Shown one piece after another: positions 1-11,310 of a stretch of 64,000 bases of DNA. Under the pieces are notes generated by a model. The model made no database searches. It was not told the origin of the DNA and worked only from the letters and a program-made list of their open reading frames with translations. The position numbers and the translations under genes are program-made. This DNA is from Diplonema japonicum (Eukaryota; Protista; Euglenozoa: Diplonemea), in the NCBI GenBank assembly GCA_964019335.1, contig OZ025702.1, positions 124,001 through 188,000 on the forward strand. Reading direction: 5' to 3'. Each line of letters opens with the position of its first letter. Position 1 is the first letter of the stretch.

Positions 1-2
1 GA

Positions 3-1034
3 TATGGCGAGCCCATCAAGCAGATCGACGAAGGGCTGCTGGACCCACCATCGACTTTCATCGAAGAAATGCTCGGTGAGGATGTCATGAGGCAGCTCAG
101 CGTAGATGAAGAGGTGTACGAGGAGTCCCCCGACACATGGGAGAAGAAGGCAGACATGAAAACTGGAAGGGTGTTTTATTTTAACAGGAAGACAGGCGAA
201 TCTACATGGAAGCGTCCGATACACGCAAGCGTCGAACATTTTAAGGAGCAACATGAGAAGAGCGACACTACAGATCTATTTTGCGAGGAAGAAGAGGAAG
301 AACAACGGCAGATCGAGACCGAGGAGGAGAAAGCAAAGAGAGAAACGATGGAACGAGGGAAAACACACTGCGACCTATGCGCAAGGATGCTGTGGCGCCC
401 TGTGAGGATCGATCCATGCACGCACACTGTGTGCGAAATGTGTGCAACGCGAACATTGACATACAACAAAATTTGCCCAGTGAAAAAATGCCGTGTTGCC
501 GTGAAGGGTAAACAACAAGACGCAGTTCACCACGAACAGAACATCACGAGATTCACTGAGAAAGAAGTCGCCCAGCGGGAGGATGAAAACTCCAAAGAAT
601 CTCAGATCAGAGACAGCTCACTCCGGATAGTTCTCGAATACGGAAACACTTCATCTGGAACTACCGAAGGATCATCACACACCGTGCAAGCCCACATGAA
701 GGTTCTTAAAGTAGAGAAAGGCAAGCTGTACAAAAAGAAAATGGTGAAGCCCAGCATCAAACGTGTTGATTTCAACATTAACCCTTGCTACCCAAAGTCG
801 GCGGTGAAGGTCTCGGAGTCTCCGTTCACACTGACGCGCACCATGTCTTCTCGCTTCCCCTGTGACATGACCATCAAGTGGTCTGATACGCTCCCTTCCA
901 TTACAATCCCGTACACGATCCAGCACCAGTTGGTTACCCAACGCAAAGCTGTCATCATCGTCAGCAACCCTGACAAAAAACCCTCCAACGCCACTGTTGT
1001 CATGTCCGGTCTCTACCCTGAAGTGTTTGTTTGA
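3..1034 (+). CDS. WW + RING finger + YEATS-like domain protein (5'-partial)
   Basis: The frame is open from position 3, so the gene probably starts upstream of the window. WW motif TWEKKADMKTGRVFYFNRKTGESTWKRP; C3HC4 RING CDLC..PCTHTVCEMC..CPVKKC; YEATS-like LEYGNT..HT..IKRVDFNINPCYPK...ESPFTLTR..F.C.MTIKW. Confidence 0.8.
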   Translation, partial: YGEPIKQIDEGLLDPPSTFIEEMLGEDVMRQLSVDEEVYEESPDTWEKKADMKTGRVFYFNRKTGESTWKRPIHASVEHFKEQHEKSDTTDLFCEEEEEEQRQIETEEEKAKRETMERGKTHCDLCARMLWRPVRIDPCTHTVCEMCATRTLTYNKICPVKKCRVAVKGKQQDAVHHEQNITRFTEKEVAQREDENSKESQIRDSSLRIVLEYGNTSSGTTEGSSHTVQAHMKVLKVEKGKLYKKKMVKPSIKRVDFNINPCYPKSAVKVSESPFTLTRTMSSRFPCDMTIKWSDTLPSITIPYTIQHQLVTQRKAVIIVSNPDKKPSNATVVMSGLYPEVFV

Positions 1035-1262
1035 GAATCTGCTTTACACGGGTTAACACCCCCCTTTTCTTTCTTTCTTTCTATCTGAGAGACTGCCTCA
1101 AGATTGTCTTTTCCCCTCCCTCTTTTCCCCCCCACTTCTCTCTCCCCTAGCCTTTGACGCGGAAAAAAAAGTAAGAAGCATAAGAAGAAGCGAACCCCCC
1201 CCCCCCCCCCCCCCCCCAACCGTCCTCTTTTGTATCTTGCACTACACCACACACAGGTGTTG

Positions 1263-4200
1263 ATGAGTGGCTCACCAACGATAGAGACGAACAGATGGTG
1301 GAAGGTAATACAGAATGTACTCCGGTCGGGTGAACTGAGGAGGAAAGTGGAGCAGGTGCCACATGATGCTGCAGATCAGGTGTTGGTGGTAGCGATGGAA
1401 GTTGCAAAGCAGCAGTCGTGGGGCCCGAAGCTGGTCGACTCCTTGTTGTGGGCGTTGCGTTTTAAGACGCCGAAGGAGGTTCTGATGCCGATCCTTGAGG
1501 CTCACGGTTGGGAGAATGGGGACTTCAAGGACGTTCTGACTCCAGACAAGGCTTTGAAATTACATGCTGATATGGTGGTTGCTTTCGCAGTTGCTGAGCA
1601 CGAGAAGACCCCACCTCCTGCGGAGCTCCAGGTAGCCCGCCCGATAACACCGCGCTCCCGTCAGAGGAAGCAATCCCGGTCCATCTTCCATACCCTCTGT
1701 CTTGTCCTCAACCTTCTACACAACCCTTCTGACCCACAGATGCGCCGTAGGCGGCAGCTCCACACCGACCTCGGCCTTGACATCAACCAGATGGAACCCA
1801 AGCACCTCTACACCGCAGCCCTCCGCGAGGTCAACGCTATGCAGACCCTGTGGACCAATCTCACCGACGCACTCAAAACCCTCCCCAGCGCGATCAACAG
1901 GGAAAAGACAAGCACTTGGAAACCAACCCTCCGGAAGCTTGACAAGACCCTGAGCCAGATCCACCCCCCCGCGCAGGAGGCACTCCTTGTCATCGACATC
2001 TCACAAGCTCTGCTCGAATCGCTGAGCACGCTTATGCTAACAGGAGGCAAGCGAAGAGTTAGCATTTCATTAGGTGTCGAACAAGGGACACAAACAGGCG
2101 TTGAGTGGGGTTGGAACACAGCTGCAGCCAGCAGACAGCTTACGTTTGGGCACCACGGGACAATGTGTAAGACATCAGCTTCCAGCGACGTGTCAGTGGT
2201 AGGGGCCATCATGTACAGCGAGAAGGAGACGGGGTGGGTGGAAATGAGATGGAACATTGGGAGGAAGCCTGACCCCTGCGGGGTGTACGTGGGTGTGGTG
2301 CCGCCGAACACCACACAATTCAAGTATCCCAACAAATGGGGTCTGTTGTGGCGTCCTGACGGCAAAATATTTATCCCAGGCAGCTCTGTGCACGTGGACC
2401 AGACGGATGGTTACGCACCAGGAGACTTCGTGTCGATAAAGGTCAGCTTCCGGGAAGGGATGGCAAAGCTCTTCAAGAACAGCAACTGCATCCACCACGT
2501 GAATGGTGTCCCTGCCGCGCCGCTTGTGCCGTTCGTTCAGTTCATCGACGCACCTAACATCCCTGTCACGCTGCTTCCGCCTGGAAAGCGCAGAAGGAGC
2601 TCCGTAGTCAAGTCGAAGGACTCCCTCGTGTGGAGTCTCATGCACCGTCTTGCTAATACGGAGCAAGGCTTGATGGCACTCCATGACGAGCCTGTTGCCG
2701 TCCTGCCTCCCATGGGGAATGTCACTCTTGTCTTCACCGACGTTCAGTCGTCAACTTTGCTGTGGGAGGAAGACCCAGAAAACATGAAGAAATCTCTCGC
2801 TGTGCACAACGAACTGTTCAGGAAGCTCATCTACAAGTGGGGCGGGTACGAGGTCAAGACAGAGGGCGACGCTTTCATGATAGCTTTCTCCAGAACCTCT
2901 GTGGCGCTGCATTGGGCTATGGACCTGCAAGCGAATCTCCTACAAGCCGAGTGGCCAGAAGAGCTCATCAGAAAGACTGATCTCCCCGCCACGAAGGTAT
3001 CTGTGGACGGGAAGACTATATTCCGCGGGCTGCGAATCAGATGCGGGATCCACACGGGGGAACCAGATTGCGAACGTGACCCTGTCACGGGGAGGATGGA
3101 CTACTTCGGTCCTGTCGTCAACCTGGCAGCTCGTATCTCCTCTGTCGGCAGGGGCGGCGAGACCATCGTAGGGGGTGCCGCGTTCAAAGAGCTGCAGAAG
3201 CAAGGCGCCCTACCCGACAAGGATATTTTCCTCAAATGCCAGGGTGTCAAACAAATGAAGGGCATCGCGAAGCCAGAGCCTGTCTTCACTCTGCTTCCCG
3301 CCAAACTAGAAAGCCGGATCAAGTACTGGGAGTACGAGGAAGGAAACAAGGCACAGGGCATCACAGCGACCAGGAAGGACTCACATCTGTCACCATCATG
3401 GGCGAAGAGGATAGGACAGGAGTGGCACAAGATAGCAAAGAACACAACGACACGTAGGCGGAAGGTGAGCGTGTTGGAGTACACAGTTGACAAGCTGCAG
3501 CTGCGTACGAAGTGGATGACACATCAAATTGAGAAACGCGAAGCAGCTACCATGAACATGCATGACACTTTCAAGGTGGCCGTCGCTCCCACAGGTGACC
3601 AGGTGGCTGTTGTTTGTCTTGCTTTTGATTCAAGCTTTTCGAGGTCATGCATCGAGAGGGTGCTGCATGTTTGCAAGGAGATTGTGGAAAGCAAAGTGAG
3701 TGCCTGGCAGGGGTATGTCATACGCTCTCTGGAAGAGCGGAAGCATAAGCCCCTCGTCGCCTTCTGGTCGCTAGAGGCCGCCATCCAGTTCTCAGCAGAC
3801 GTGCAACGCTCGTTTCTCACAGCACAGTGGTCTGAACAGGTTTTGAAAGAGTTCCCCGAGCAGTGCGACGGCGACACTGTCATCTTCCGGGGCCCCGCAT
3901 TGTCCATGGGGTTGGCAAAGGGCGGTCAGAAGATGGAGAAGGACGGTGGATACCACCCTGGCTTGCTACACGCAGCAGAGGCGTGTGCTGCGAGGGCGAG
4001 AAATGGCGAGATCATAATCAACTCCGTGCTCCTGGTGCCAGGCAGCGGGAACTACGACTTGATCCTCACCATCATCGATATCCACGAGGATGAGGACAAC
4101 GTGCACAGCTCGCTGATCCCCAAGGGGCTCCAGGCTAGGTTGGACACGTGGGCAGCAGTCGATGTTCCGAAAGCACGCCCCAAGCTAGCTGGGTCCAGGT

Positions 4201-5174
4201 CGCAGGCGCTCCTGACGTCGGGCAGTGAGGAGATACGGCGGAGCAGCGAACTGTCGTTGAAGCGTGAGGAGAAGGTGTCGGAGATCGTGAAAATACAAGA
4301 AACGCTGAAGAAGAAGGAGGAGTACATACGTGTGCTGCAAGCAAAGGAGGACACACGCAGACAACAGCACATGGCGGAACTGAAGGTGCGCGACCAGCGC
4401 ATCGCCGAGCTGGAGACACTACTAGGGAACGATGCAGTCCACATGAACCTGGACTCCCCGAGCAACGCGTTCATCCCGGCGGTGGTGGCGGGGTCGCACG
4501 ACGATCTCGTTGCGAGGCTGGCGAAGGTGGAGAACGAAATGATCACATCGGCAGAGAAGCTGTACAGGAAGGAGGAAGAGATCAAACAGCTGAGAAAACA
4601 ATTCGACAGCCAAACATCAGAATCTGCGAAAATACAAGCAATAAGAGAGGTGATGCAAGCTAGGGACAGGGAGCTGGATGACGTGAGAACATCATACCTG
4701 CGGGAGAAGGAAAGACGGGACAGGGCGGAGAAGAGAGCGAAGGAGCTGTTGAAGAGCCTGGACGAAGCAGAAGACAAGATCTCAGCGTTGCAAGTCCAAT
4801 GCGACTCGCGGAGCATGACGCCGATGCCTTTGTCGCCCATGCCACTGCACCTGACGGACAGCGATGGTCTCTCCAGCAAGAGCATGCTGTCCCCGTCACA
4901 GTCGCCTTCACCCACAACTTCAGATTCAAAACGCATGTTATTCAGGCGCACGATGCACCTCACTCCAACGACTTCGCCTTTCCCCTCACCTGGTGTCCGG
5001 GCCACGCTCTCCCCCACTGCCATCCCCACACAAGGGGGCAGTAATTTCCATTCTCTAATGCAGAGAAACGCCACACGGAGCAACAACACTGTTGGGAATA
5101 TACACCTTAACATTGCGCGTGCGAAGTCAGCTGGTATTACCCCAGGACGTGTTCGGGTCAGAGATAGAAAGTGA
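1263..5174 (+). CDS. Soluble class III adenylate cyclase with SPRY-like domain, second degenerate cyclase domain and C-terminal coiled coil
   Basis: ATG at 1263, just after a CAG. Cyclase motifs VTLVFTDVQSSTLLWE, YEVKTEGDAFMIAF, GLRIRCGIHTG, RMDYFGPVVNLAARISS (K and D residues that select ATP). Upstream SPRY-like beta domain (YVGVV..WGLLWRPDG..GDFVSIKV..LFKN). No transmembrane segment seen. Confidence 0.9.
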   Translation: MSGSPTIETNRWWKVIQNVLRSGELRRKVEQVPHDAADQVLVVAMEVAKQQSWGPKLVDSLLWALRFKTPKEVLMPILEAHGWENGDFKDVLTPDKALKLHADMVVAFAVAEHEKTPPPAELQVARPITPRSRQRKQSRSIFHTLCLVLNLLHNPSDPQMRRRRQLHTDLGLDINQMEPKHLYTAALREVNAMQTLWTNLTDALKTLPSAINREKTSTWKPTLRKLDKTLSQIHPPAQEALLVIDISQALLESLSTLMLTGGKRRVSISLGVEQGTQTGVEWGWNTAAASRQLTFGHHGTMCKTSASSDVSVVGAIMYSEKETGWVEMRWNIGRKPDPCGVYVGVVPPNTTQFKYPNKWGLLWRPDGKIFIPGSSVHVDQTDGYAPGDFVSIKVSFREGMAKLFKNSNCIHHVNGVPAAPLVPFVQFIDAPNIPVTLLPPGKRRRSSVVKSKDSLVWSLMHRLANTEQGLMALHDEPVAVLPPMGNVTLVFTDVQSSTLLWEEDPENMKKSLAVHNELFRKLIYKWGGYEVKTEGDAFMIAFSRTSVALHWAMDLQANLLQAEWPEELIRKTDLPATKVSVDGKTIFRGLRIRCGIHTGEPDCERDPVTGRMDYFGPVVNLAARISSVGRGGETIVGGAAFKELQKQGALPDKDIFLKCQGVKQMKGIAKPEPVFTLLPAKLESRIKYWEYEEGNKAQGITATRKDSHLSPSWAKRIGQEWHKIAKNTTTRRRKVSVLEYTVDKLQLRTKWMTHQIEKREAATMNMHDTFKVAVAPTGDQVAVVCLAFDSSFSRSCIERVLHVCKEIVESKVSAWQGYVIRSLEERKHKPLVAFWSLEAAIQFSADVQRSFLTAQWSEQVLKEFPEQCDGDTVIFRGPALSMGLAKGGQKMEKDGGYHPGLLHAAEACAARARNGEIIINSVLLVPGSGNYDLILTIIDIHEDEDNVHSSLIPKGLQARLDTWAAVDVPKARPKLAGSRSQALLTSGSEEIRRSSELSLKREEKVSEIVKIQETLKKKEEYIRVLQAKEDTRRQQHMAELKVRDQRIAELETLLGNDAVHMNLDSPSNAFIPAVVAGSHDDLVARLAKVENEMITSAEKLYRKEEEIKQLRKQFDSQTSESAKIQAIREVMQARDRELDDVRTSYLREKERRDRAEKRAKELLKSLDEAEDKISALQVQCDSRSMTPMPLSPMPLHLTDSDGLSSKSMLSPSQSPSPTTSDSKRMLFRRTMHLTPTTSPFPSPGVRATLSPTAIPTQGGSNFHSLMQRNATRSNNTVGNIHLNIARAKSAGITPGRVRVRDRK

Positions 5175-5725
5175 AAAAAAAAAGAGAGAACTTTTAGCTA
5201 ACCCCCCCCCCCCCCCCCCTCCCCCCCAGTCTACGTACTAGACTTTAACCGTGCGGGGTGTCCACCGTTAAACACACGCGCGAAGTCGGCTGGCTTTTCA
5301 ACTCCCGTCGGGTGTGGCGGTAATGAGGACGCAAAGTGAAGGGAAAACAAAAGAAGGGAGGGGGATATTTAAAAAAAAAAAAGAAAAAGAAAAAGAAGGC
5401 AAAGAAAGGAAGAGGGAATAAAAGAGAGAATTTTCTTGTCACGGCTTGGTCTGCCCTGCTCTCTTCCTTTTTCTTTTTTTTTTTTTTCTTCTGGGAGCGA
5501 ATGAGAAGAGAAGTTATTTCAAAAAAAAAAAAAAAAAAAAAAAAAAAAGAAAACGGAGAAAAGAAAAAAAAAAGTAGATTTTCTTTTTCTCTCTTCATCT
5601 TTATTCCTCCTTTATTTTCTTTTACCCCCTAGTTTAATAGGGTTGAAGTGTGTTCATTTTTTTTTTCTTCTTCCCTTTTTTTTTCTCCCTCTTAAGTATA
5701 CCCTTATAGAGTGCTCTCAAGAATG

Positions 5726-5768
<43 letters not shown>

Positions 5769-6998
5769 TCCAGCTTCTAGTTCCTTTTCTTTCCCTTAAG
5801 CACTGGCAGGCTGTATGGCTCTCTGAGCTGTGCTTTCTTTTTATTACTTATGTTTTATTTTCTGTGTAGGTGCATTTTTTTTCTTTCTCCATTCTGTTGT
5901 TCCTTTCATTTTCACCTCCTTTCCCTCTTCCTTTCCTTTCCTGGAAAGATTCTTTATACTGTTTTTTAAAAAAAAAAGTATGATATTTTTTTTTTATTAT
6001 TCACCATAACACAGGAGAGAAACACAAAAAATAAAAAAAAGGGGAGCAATTCACTTAATACCCAAGAAAAGTGCCGAACTTCACTTAAACCACTAAACAT
6101 CACTGAAAATAGTTTTTTTTTTTTTTCTTCTTCTGGTAATAAGTGGGGCCAACAGTACTTTTTTTTTTTTGGGGTATGAAGTGATTACTCCCTTTTATAA
6201 AAAAAAAGCCAACCAAAAAAAAAAAAAAATAGGGAGAGTGCACGGATTATTGGAAACAAAAAAGTGCCTCTCTCTCTCCCCCCCCCTTTTTTTTAAGGAG
6301 CAGGGGTAGGTGGAGATGATGGCCCAGTTTCCCCCGATATTCCCAATAATCAAATCTGTAAGCACCCTTTTTTTTTCTTCTAGAAGTACGCGCTATGTTT
6401 CTCTGAAAAAAAGAAAAAGGAAAAAAAGAAAGAAATAGCTTCCTGGCGCGTGAGCTGCTGTTTGCCCAGTACAACGAAAGAGAGGGACAAAAAGAAATGG
6501 ATAATTTTTTTGTGCGTGTGTTGGATGGAAAAAGGAACTAAGGAGTTTTCTTCTTTTGCCATTAGGACGGGGGGGGGGGGGGGGGGGGGGTTGCACCCCC
6601 CAACCATCATCAAAAACCTGTCTATCTAGTTACCAGTACTATTTTTTTTTCTCAAAGCAAAGATGAGGGCCCCTCCATTAATGCCGCATGTTTTTAATAA
6701 CATCACCCTCACTTCTTGCTGCGAGGGTCCATTTTAGCCCGTTTTTTTTTTTTTATGAGTTTTGCGAATAAACCTCCCTTACGCTTGTGCCATGGGAGGG
6801 GGAAAGAAAAAAAAATAAAACAAAAGGGGGGTATTAAGAAAAAAATATAAGTAACCCTTCCCCCCCCCCTTTTTTTTGAATTTCTTTAAAAAGAGTGCGT
6901 AAGGCAACACATTCAAAAAATAAAGTAAAAAAGTTTTTTTAAAAAGGGAAGGAGGGAGAGAGAGGGAGAGTGAGACAACAAAGAAGAAGGGGAAAAAA

Positions 6999-7637
6999 AT
7001 GTCAGATGGAGATATCATCATCCCCTATATGCGGAAGCTAGAAAGACTAGCGGGCGAGATGGGAGTGGATGTTGATGGGAAACAACCTGACGAGGAAGAG
7101 GTGGACACAAGCAATATGACGAAATATGAGAAGAACAGGTAGCGCGGGAAAAAAAAGATTAAAAAAAAAAAAAAAAAAAAAAGGTTCGCGGTCACAAAAA
7201 CGATGAAAGGCGTGAGAGACGATTTGAAGGTTTTGGAGGAGATTGAAAAGGGCAAGACAAACGCGTCGGCGGCACGAAAAGCGGAACTGTCAAACAAAAT
7301 TAGGAAAAACCTCAGAAGCATGAAACTCGACGCAGCGAACCTGAAGAAAGACGCAGCAGGCGAAGGGAAGCTTGAAGAGTACGACGAGCTCATAAAACAC
7401 ATGAAAAGAACCGAAAAACTTCACTCCAACCGCTTCAGACAGAAAGAAATAGGCGACAGCCTTGAAGAGGGCGGTTTTGATTCTGGTGGAGCCGTGCCTA
7501 TGAAATCTCTCTCTCAGCTGGAAGGCGATCAAGGGGATTTAAGCGAAGGACTGCTGGACCCTGCAGAAGACGAAGAGTTTCAACAATTTTACCAGCAAAC
7601 ACGTGAAAACGATCAGAAAATCGAGCAGGGGTATGGG

Positions 7638-7677
<40 letters not shown>

Positions 7678-7944
7678 AGGCTAACGAACATTTCTGCCGG
7701 GCTAACCAGGCTTAAACAAAACGCGCTCAACATGGGTGATATTATTGAACAGCAAAACGAGATGCTTGACAGGATAAATGATAAGGCGGACGGGGTCACC
7801 CGTCAGATTCACGGTCTCAATAAAAAATTAAAGAAAACCCTGAAAGAGGTGGAGAAAGACAAGTACTGCATGTATGTCATCTGCTGCTTGCTGTTGTTGG
7901 GCATAATCGGTGTAGTAGTTTCGCAGACAGGAATGGCGAAATAA
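6999..7944 (+). CDS. Qc-SNARE (SYP7/syntaxin-8-like), 3 exons
   Basis: Exons 6999-7138, 7184-7630, 7680-7944; introns 7139-7183 and 7631-7679 (GT..poly-A..AG). Splicing gives a continuous SNARE motif (QKIEQGLTNISAGLTRLKQNALNMGDIIEQQNEMLDRINDKAD) and a C-terminal TM anchor. Confidence 0.85.
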
Positions 7945-9119
7945 AAAAAAAAAAAAAGGAGGGTGGGTAAAAAAAAATAGACTTAGAATGAAAAAAAAAA
8001 AGAGCGAAAAAAAAAAGAATTTGTTATTCCCTTTCCCTTCTCTACCCCATGTCCATCTTTTTTTTTTTGCTATTTGTTGGGGGGGGGGGGGGGTAATTCA
8101 AAAAAACCTATTTGTAAAAAAAAAAAAAAAAAAAAAAGAGAGAGAGAGACGTCTTTCATTTGCACCTGAGCGTGGTATTTTCTTTTTTTTTTTTGACTTT
8201 GAGGCAGAGTTCCGCTAGGTGCAAGTAAATGATTTTCCTCCTCCCCACTGTCCTGCCGTTGTTTTGGTTGGGGAAAAGAAAGGGGGAAAAAAAAAGGAAG
8301 AAAGAAAAAAAAAATCGATAGATTATTTTTGCTCGACTACACGCGGAATAGAGAGAACAAGAAAAACGTGAAAAATTAGGAGGGGGAAAAAAAAGACAGG
8401 TACTACAACAGGGGGGGGGGGGGGGGAGAGAACAAGGGAAAGAAGACCTTTTACTTGTTTTTTTTTCTTTTTTTTTCCTCCTCTCTCTCCCCTTATAAGT
8501 ATCATTTGTTATTTTCTTTTTTCTTATAAAAGGTTTTCCATACATGTTGTCGTTTGATTTTTTTTCTCGTCCCCCCGCCACCCCCTGCCTTCTTCTTCTT
8601 CCCTTCTGCAGGATAGCTTAACTGCACAATTTCTGCTTCGTGTTCTTTTTTTTTTTTTTTCTCCTCTCATCCTTCTTTCCCCCAGAGGCGCTACTTTGTC
8701 TTCTTTTTTTTTTCTTTTTTTTTTTCGCACGACAAAGGGGAGAAAGCCGTCAATAGCACATTACGCACATCCCACACCCAAACACATTCTGTCCTGACCA
8801 GCAACACTGAAGCAGCCGCAGTAGTATTTGGAAATTATATTATTGGGAAAAAAAAAATCAAGAGCGTAAGCTGGGTAACAACCCATGGGTCCGGGAAAAA
8901 AAAAAGGCAGGTTTTTTATTTTTTTTTTTAAATGAGTTTTTGTTGTGCCCCCCCCCTTTTTTTTGTTTTGTTCATTTTAACCCTTACCAAGATCAAAACA
9001 AAAAAAAAATAAAAACAAAATAGAAGCGGGGTGGGGGAGGGGTGGGAGAGGGGAAGAGAAGAATTCAAAAAAAAAAAAAAAAAAAAAAAACACACACAAA
9101 AAAAAAAATTAAAATAAAA

Positions 9120-11310
9120 ATGGATGTCAACAATGCAACAATCCTGCATTACGATGCAAGCGCCGACATCGAGCTACTAAAAACCGGGGTGGAGAAGATG
9201 TGGGTGCTGGTGAGCTGCTTCCTGGTGTTCTCCATGCAGGTCGGCTTCGCCTTCCTTGAAGCAGGCGGTGTACGCTCTGTCAATGTTGTGACAATAGTGT
9301 TCAAGAACCTAGGCGATTGTGCGATAGGAGCCCTCATGTGGTGGCTGGTGGGGTACTCCATCTCCCGGAAAGGAGATAAATTCTTGGACGGCTTCCACAT
9401 GGTGAACATAGATGATCTTTCGGCATTCCTTCTCAACTTCATGTACCTCGCCACGGCCACCACCATCGTCTCAGGCGCCGTCGCAGAACGGATCAACCTA
9501 GGGGCCTACTACACCCTCACTATTCTAATCTCTTCCATAATCTACCCAATGATAGTTTATTGGGTGTGGGAAGGCGGTTTTCTCCGCGAATTTGGTGTTG
9601 TAGATGTAGCAGGTTCAATGGTCGTGCACATGTCCAGTGGAGTGTTCTCATTTGTAGCAGCGTGGATGCTTGGAAAGCGTAAGCTTCCTGGGGGAGCGGA
9701 TCCATTTTCCGAGCAAGGAAAGCAAATCGCATCCCCACATAACAAATTTCTTCAAGCCGCAGGATCGCTTCTGTTGTGGTTCGGGTGGTTCTCCTTCAAC
9801 ACAGGTTCCATCTCTATCATCAAACACCCCAAGGCCGTTGAAACAGCGGCGGTGGCAACCGTTCTTGCAGGGTCTGCAGGGTCCGTGGTGGGAATGATAG
9901 CCACGAGTGTTATATACTCGCATCTTGACCTGGCACAAACGTGTAACTGTCTTCTCGCCGCACTTGTTTCAATTACTGCGTCATGTGCTTTTGTCAGGCC
10001 TACTATGTCTGTGTTCATTGGTGCTACAGGTGCTTGTATTTACCTCGCTGCACATCAGCTTCGTGTGAAACTGCGTGTTGATGATGTAATTGATGCTTCT
10101 GCTGTGCATGGTGCGTCGGGTCTGTTCGGGGTGCTGTGTGTATGTCTTGCTGATGAAGACATGCTCCGTGAGTATCTTGGAATGCCTGGGTTTCGACTCG
10201 ATCGTGGGAAGCAGTTTGGGATCCAGCTTCTCTCTGCCGTGCTTATCATGTCGTGGTCCGCAGCGTGGTCTCTTGTTACATGTTACATCCTCAATAAGCT
10301 CAGGCTTTTCAGAGTTTCTCAAGAATCGGAAATTCAAGGTTGTGACGGTGCGCTTCTTAAATGTTGGGGTTACGATTACCTCGGGGATGTTATTGCGGAA
10401 GCCGCGCATAATCCTGTCGAGGGGATCCAGTTGCTGAGCTTGCAGTACAGTGCTGACAATACGTCGTGCCTGGGGAAGCCAAACCAGTTCTCCTTTGTGA
10501 ACATGAAGGACCTTGAAAAATGTCTTGTGAAGGAGAAGGTGAAGGAGAAACCTGTTAAAAAAGATCGCCACGTGATCACCATCCCTGACGATGAAGGCGG
10601 GCCGTCAGAACACGAAGACGAACAACCGCAAGCGGTGATGGAAGAGGAGCAAGAAGAGGTGCTTGACAAAATAGACGAGATGTCAGATGATGAAGAAGTA
10701 GACCCTGCATTCCTGCGCCAGCGGATGTCTATTGACAGGCACTGCAACACAGACCTCGCTCACACACCATCGAGTTCTGAAGGGATTAACACAGCACCCG
10801 CAATTTTCACTCATTGCGGATATGGGGATATGCCCTATCCACCACCTCCTATGTATCCTTCAGATGTGTTGGTGCAAACAGGTCTGCATACTGCCGTGCT
10901 TGATCCTGAGCTGGAGCCTGATGCTACGACCTGTGGGGAGCTGAGTGAGATTCAGCAGGTTGTGGAGCCGGTTCTGACTCCCGCCGAGCAGCAGGTCAAT
11001 GCCCTGCCTGTCTGTATGCAATGTGGCGCGAACAATTGGAAGCAGAAGCGAAGCAGGCCGAAGTACTTCATTATACAATGCTCTTGCGGGAGTGAAAGCA
11101 CTTTGAGGAAGGATGCTGATATGTTCCGTGTATGTGGAAAGGGGGGGTTTAAACAAAAAAAAAAAAAAAAAAAAACAGGACCGGTGCCGTGTGAAAGGAT
11201 GCCCTGGGTGCGAAAATATGCACTTGAACTTGGTGTACACGAAACGGTATCCAGAGTGATAAAAAAGAAAAAAAAAAACCCTTTGTAGGAATGGTAAGCA
11301 GCGAAGCTGA
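9120..11310 (+). CDS. amt: Ammonium transporter (Amt/Mep/Rh family) with long cytoplasmic tail ending in a Cys/His-rich finger
   Basis: Amt motifs MQVGFAFLEAG, TIVSGAVAER, DVAGSMVVH, LWFGWFSFN, DDVIDASAVHG (both pore His present). Predicted introns 11130-11178 and 11247-11288 give the C-terminus ...DMFRDRCRVKGCPGCENMHLNLVYTKRNGKQRS*. Confidence 0.9.

Noticed and set aside
4052-5113. 353-aa minus-strand ORF and other antisense ORFs inside genes
   Set aside because: Shadows of + strand coding regions; Ser/Phe/Leu-rich with no motifs.
5245-6998. Many short ORFs rich in poly-K/F/P/G here and in other spacers
   Set aside because: They are translations of stop-poor homopolymer tracts, with no domain signal or coding-like composition.
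9042-9119. Upstream in-frame extensions given by the ORF track (also 25007, 34569, 43079, 49547, 58583)
   Set aside because: They start at non-ATG codons or run through homopolymer leaders; the first ATG after the low-complexity leader is the better start.
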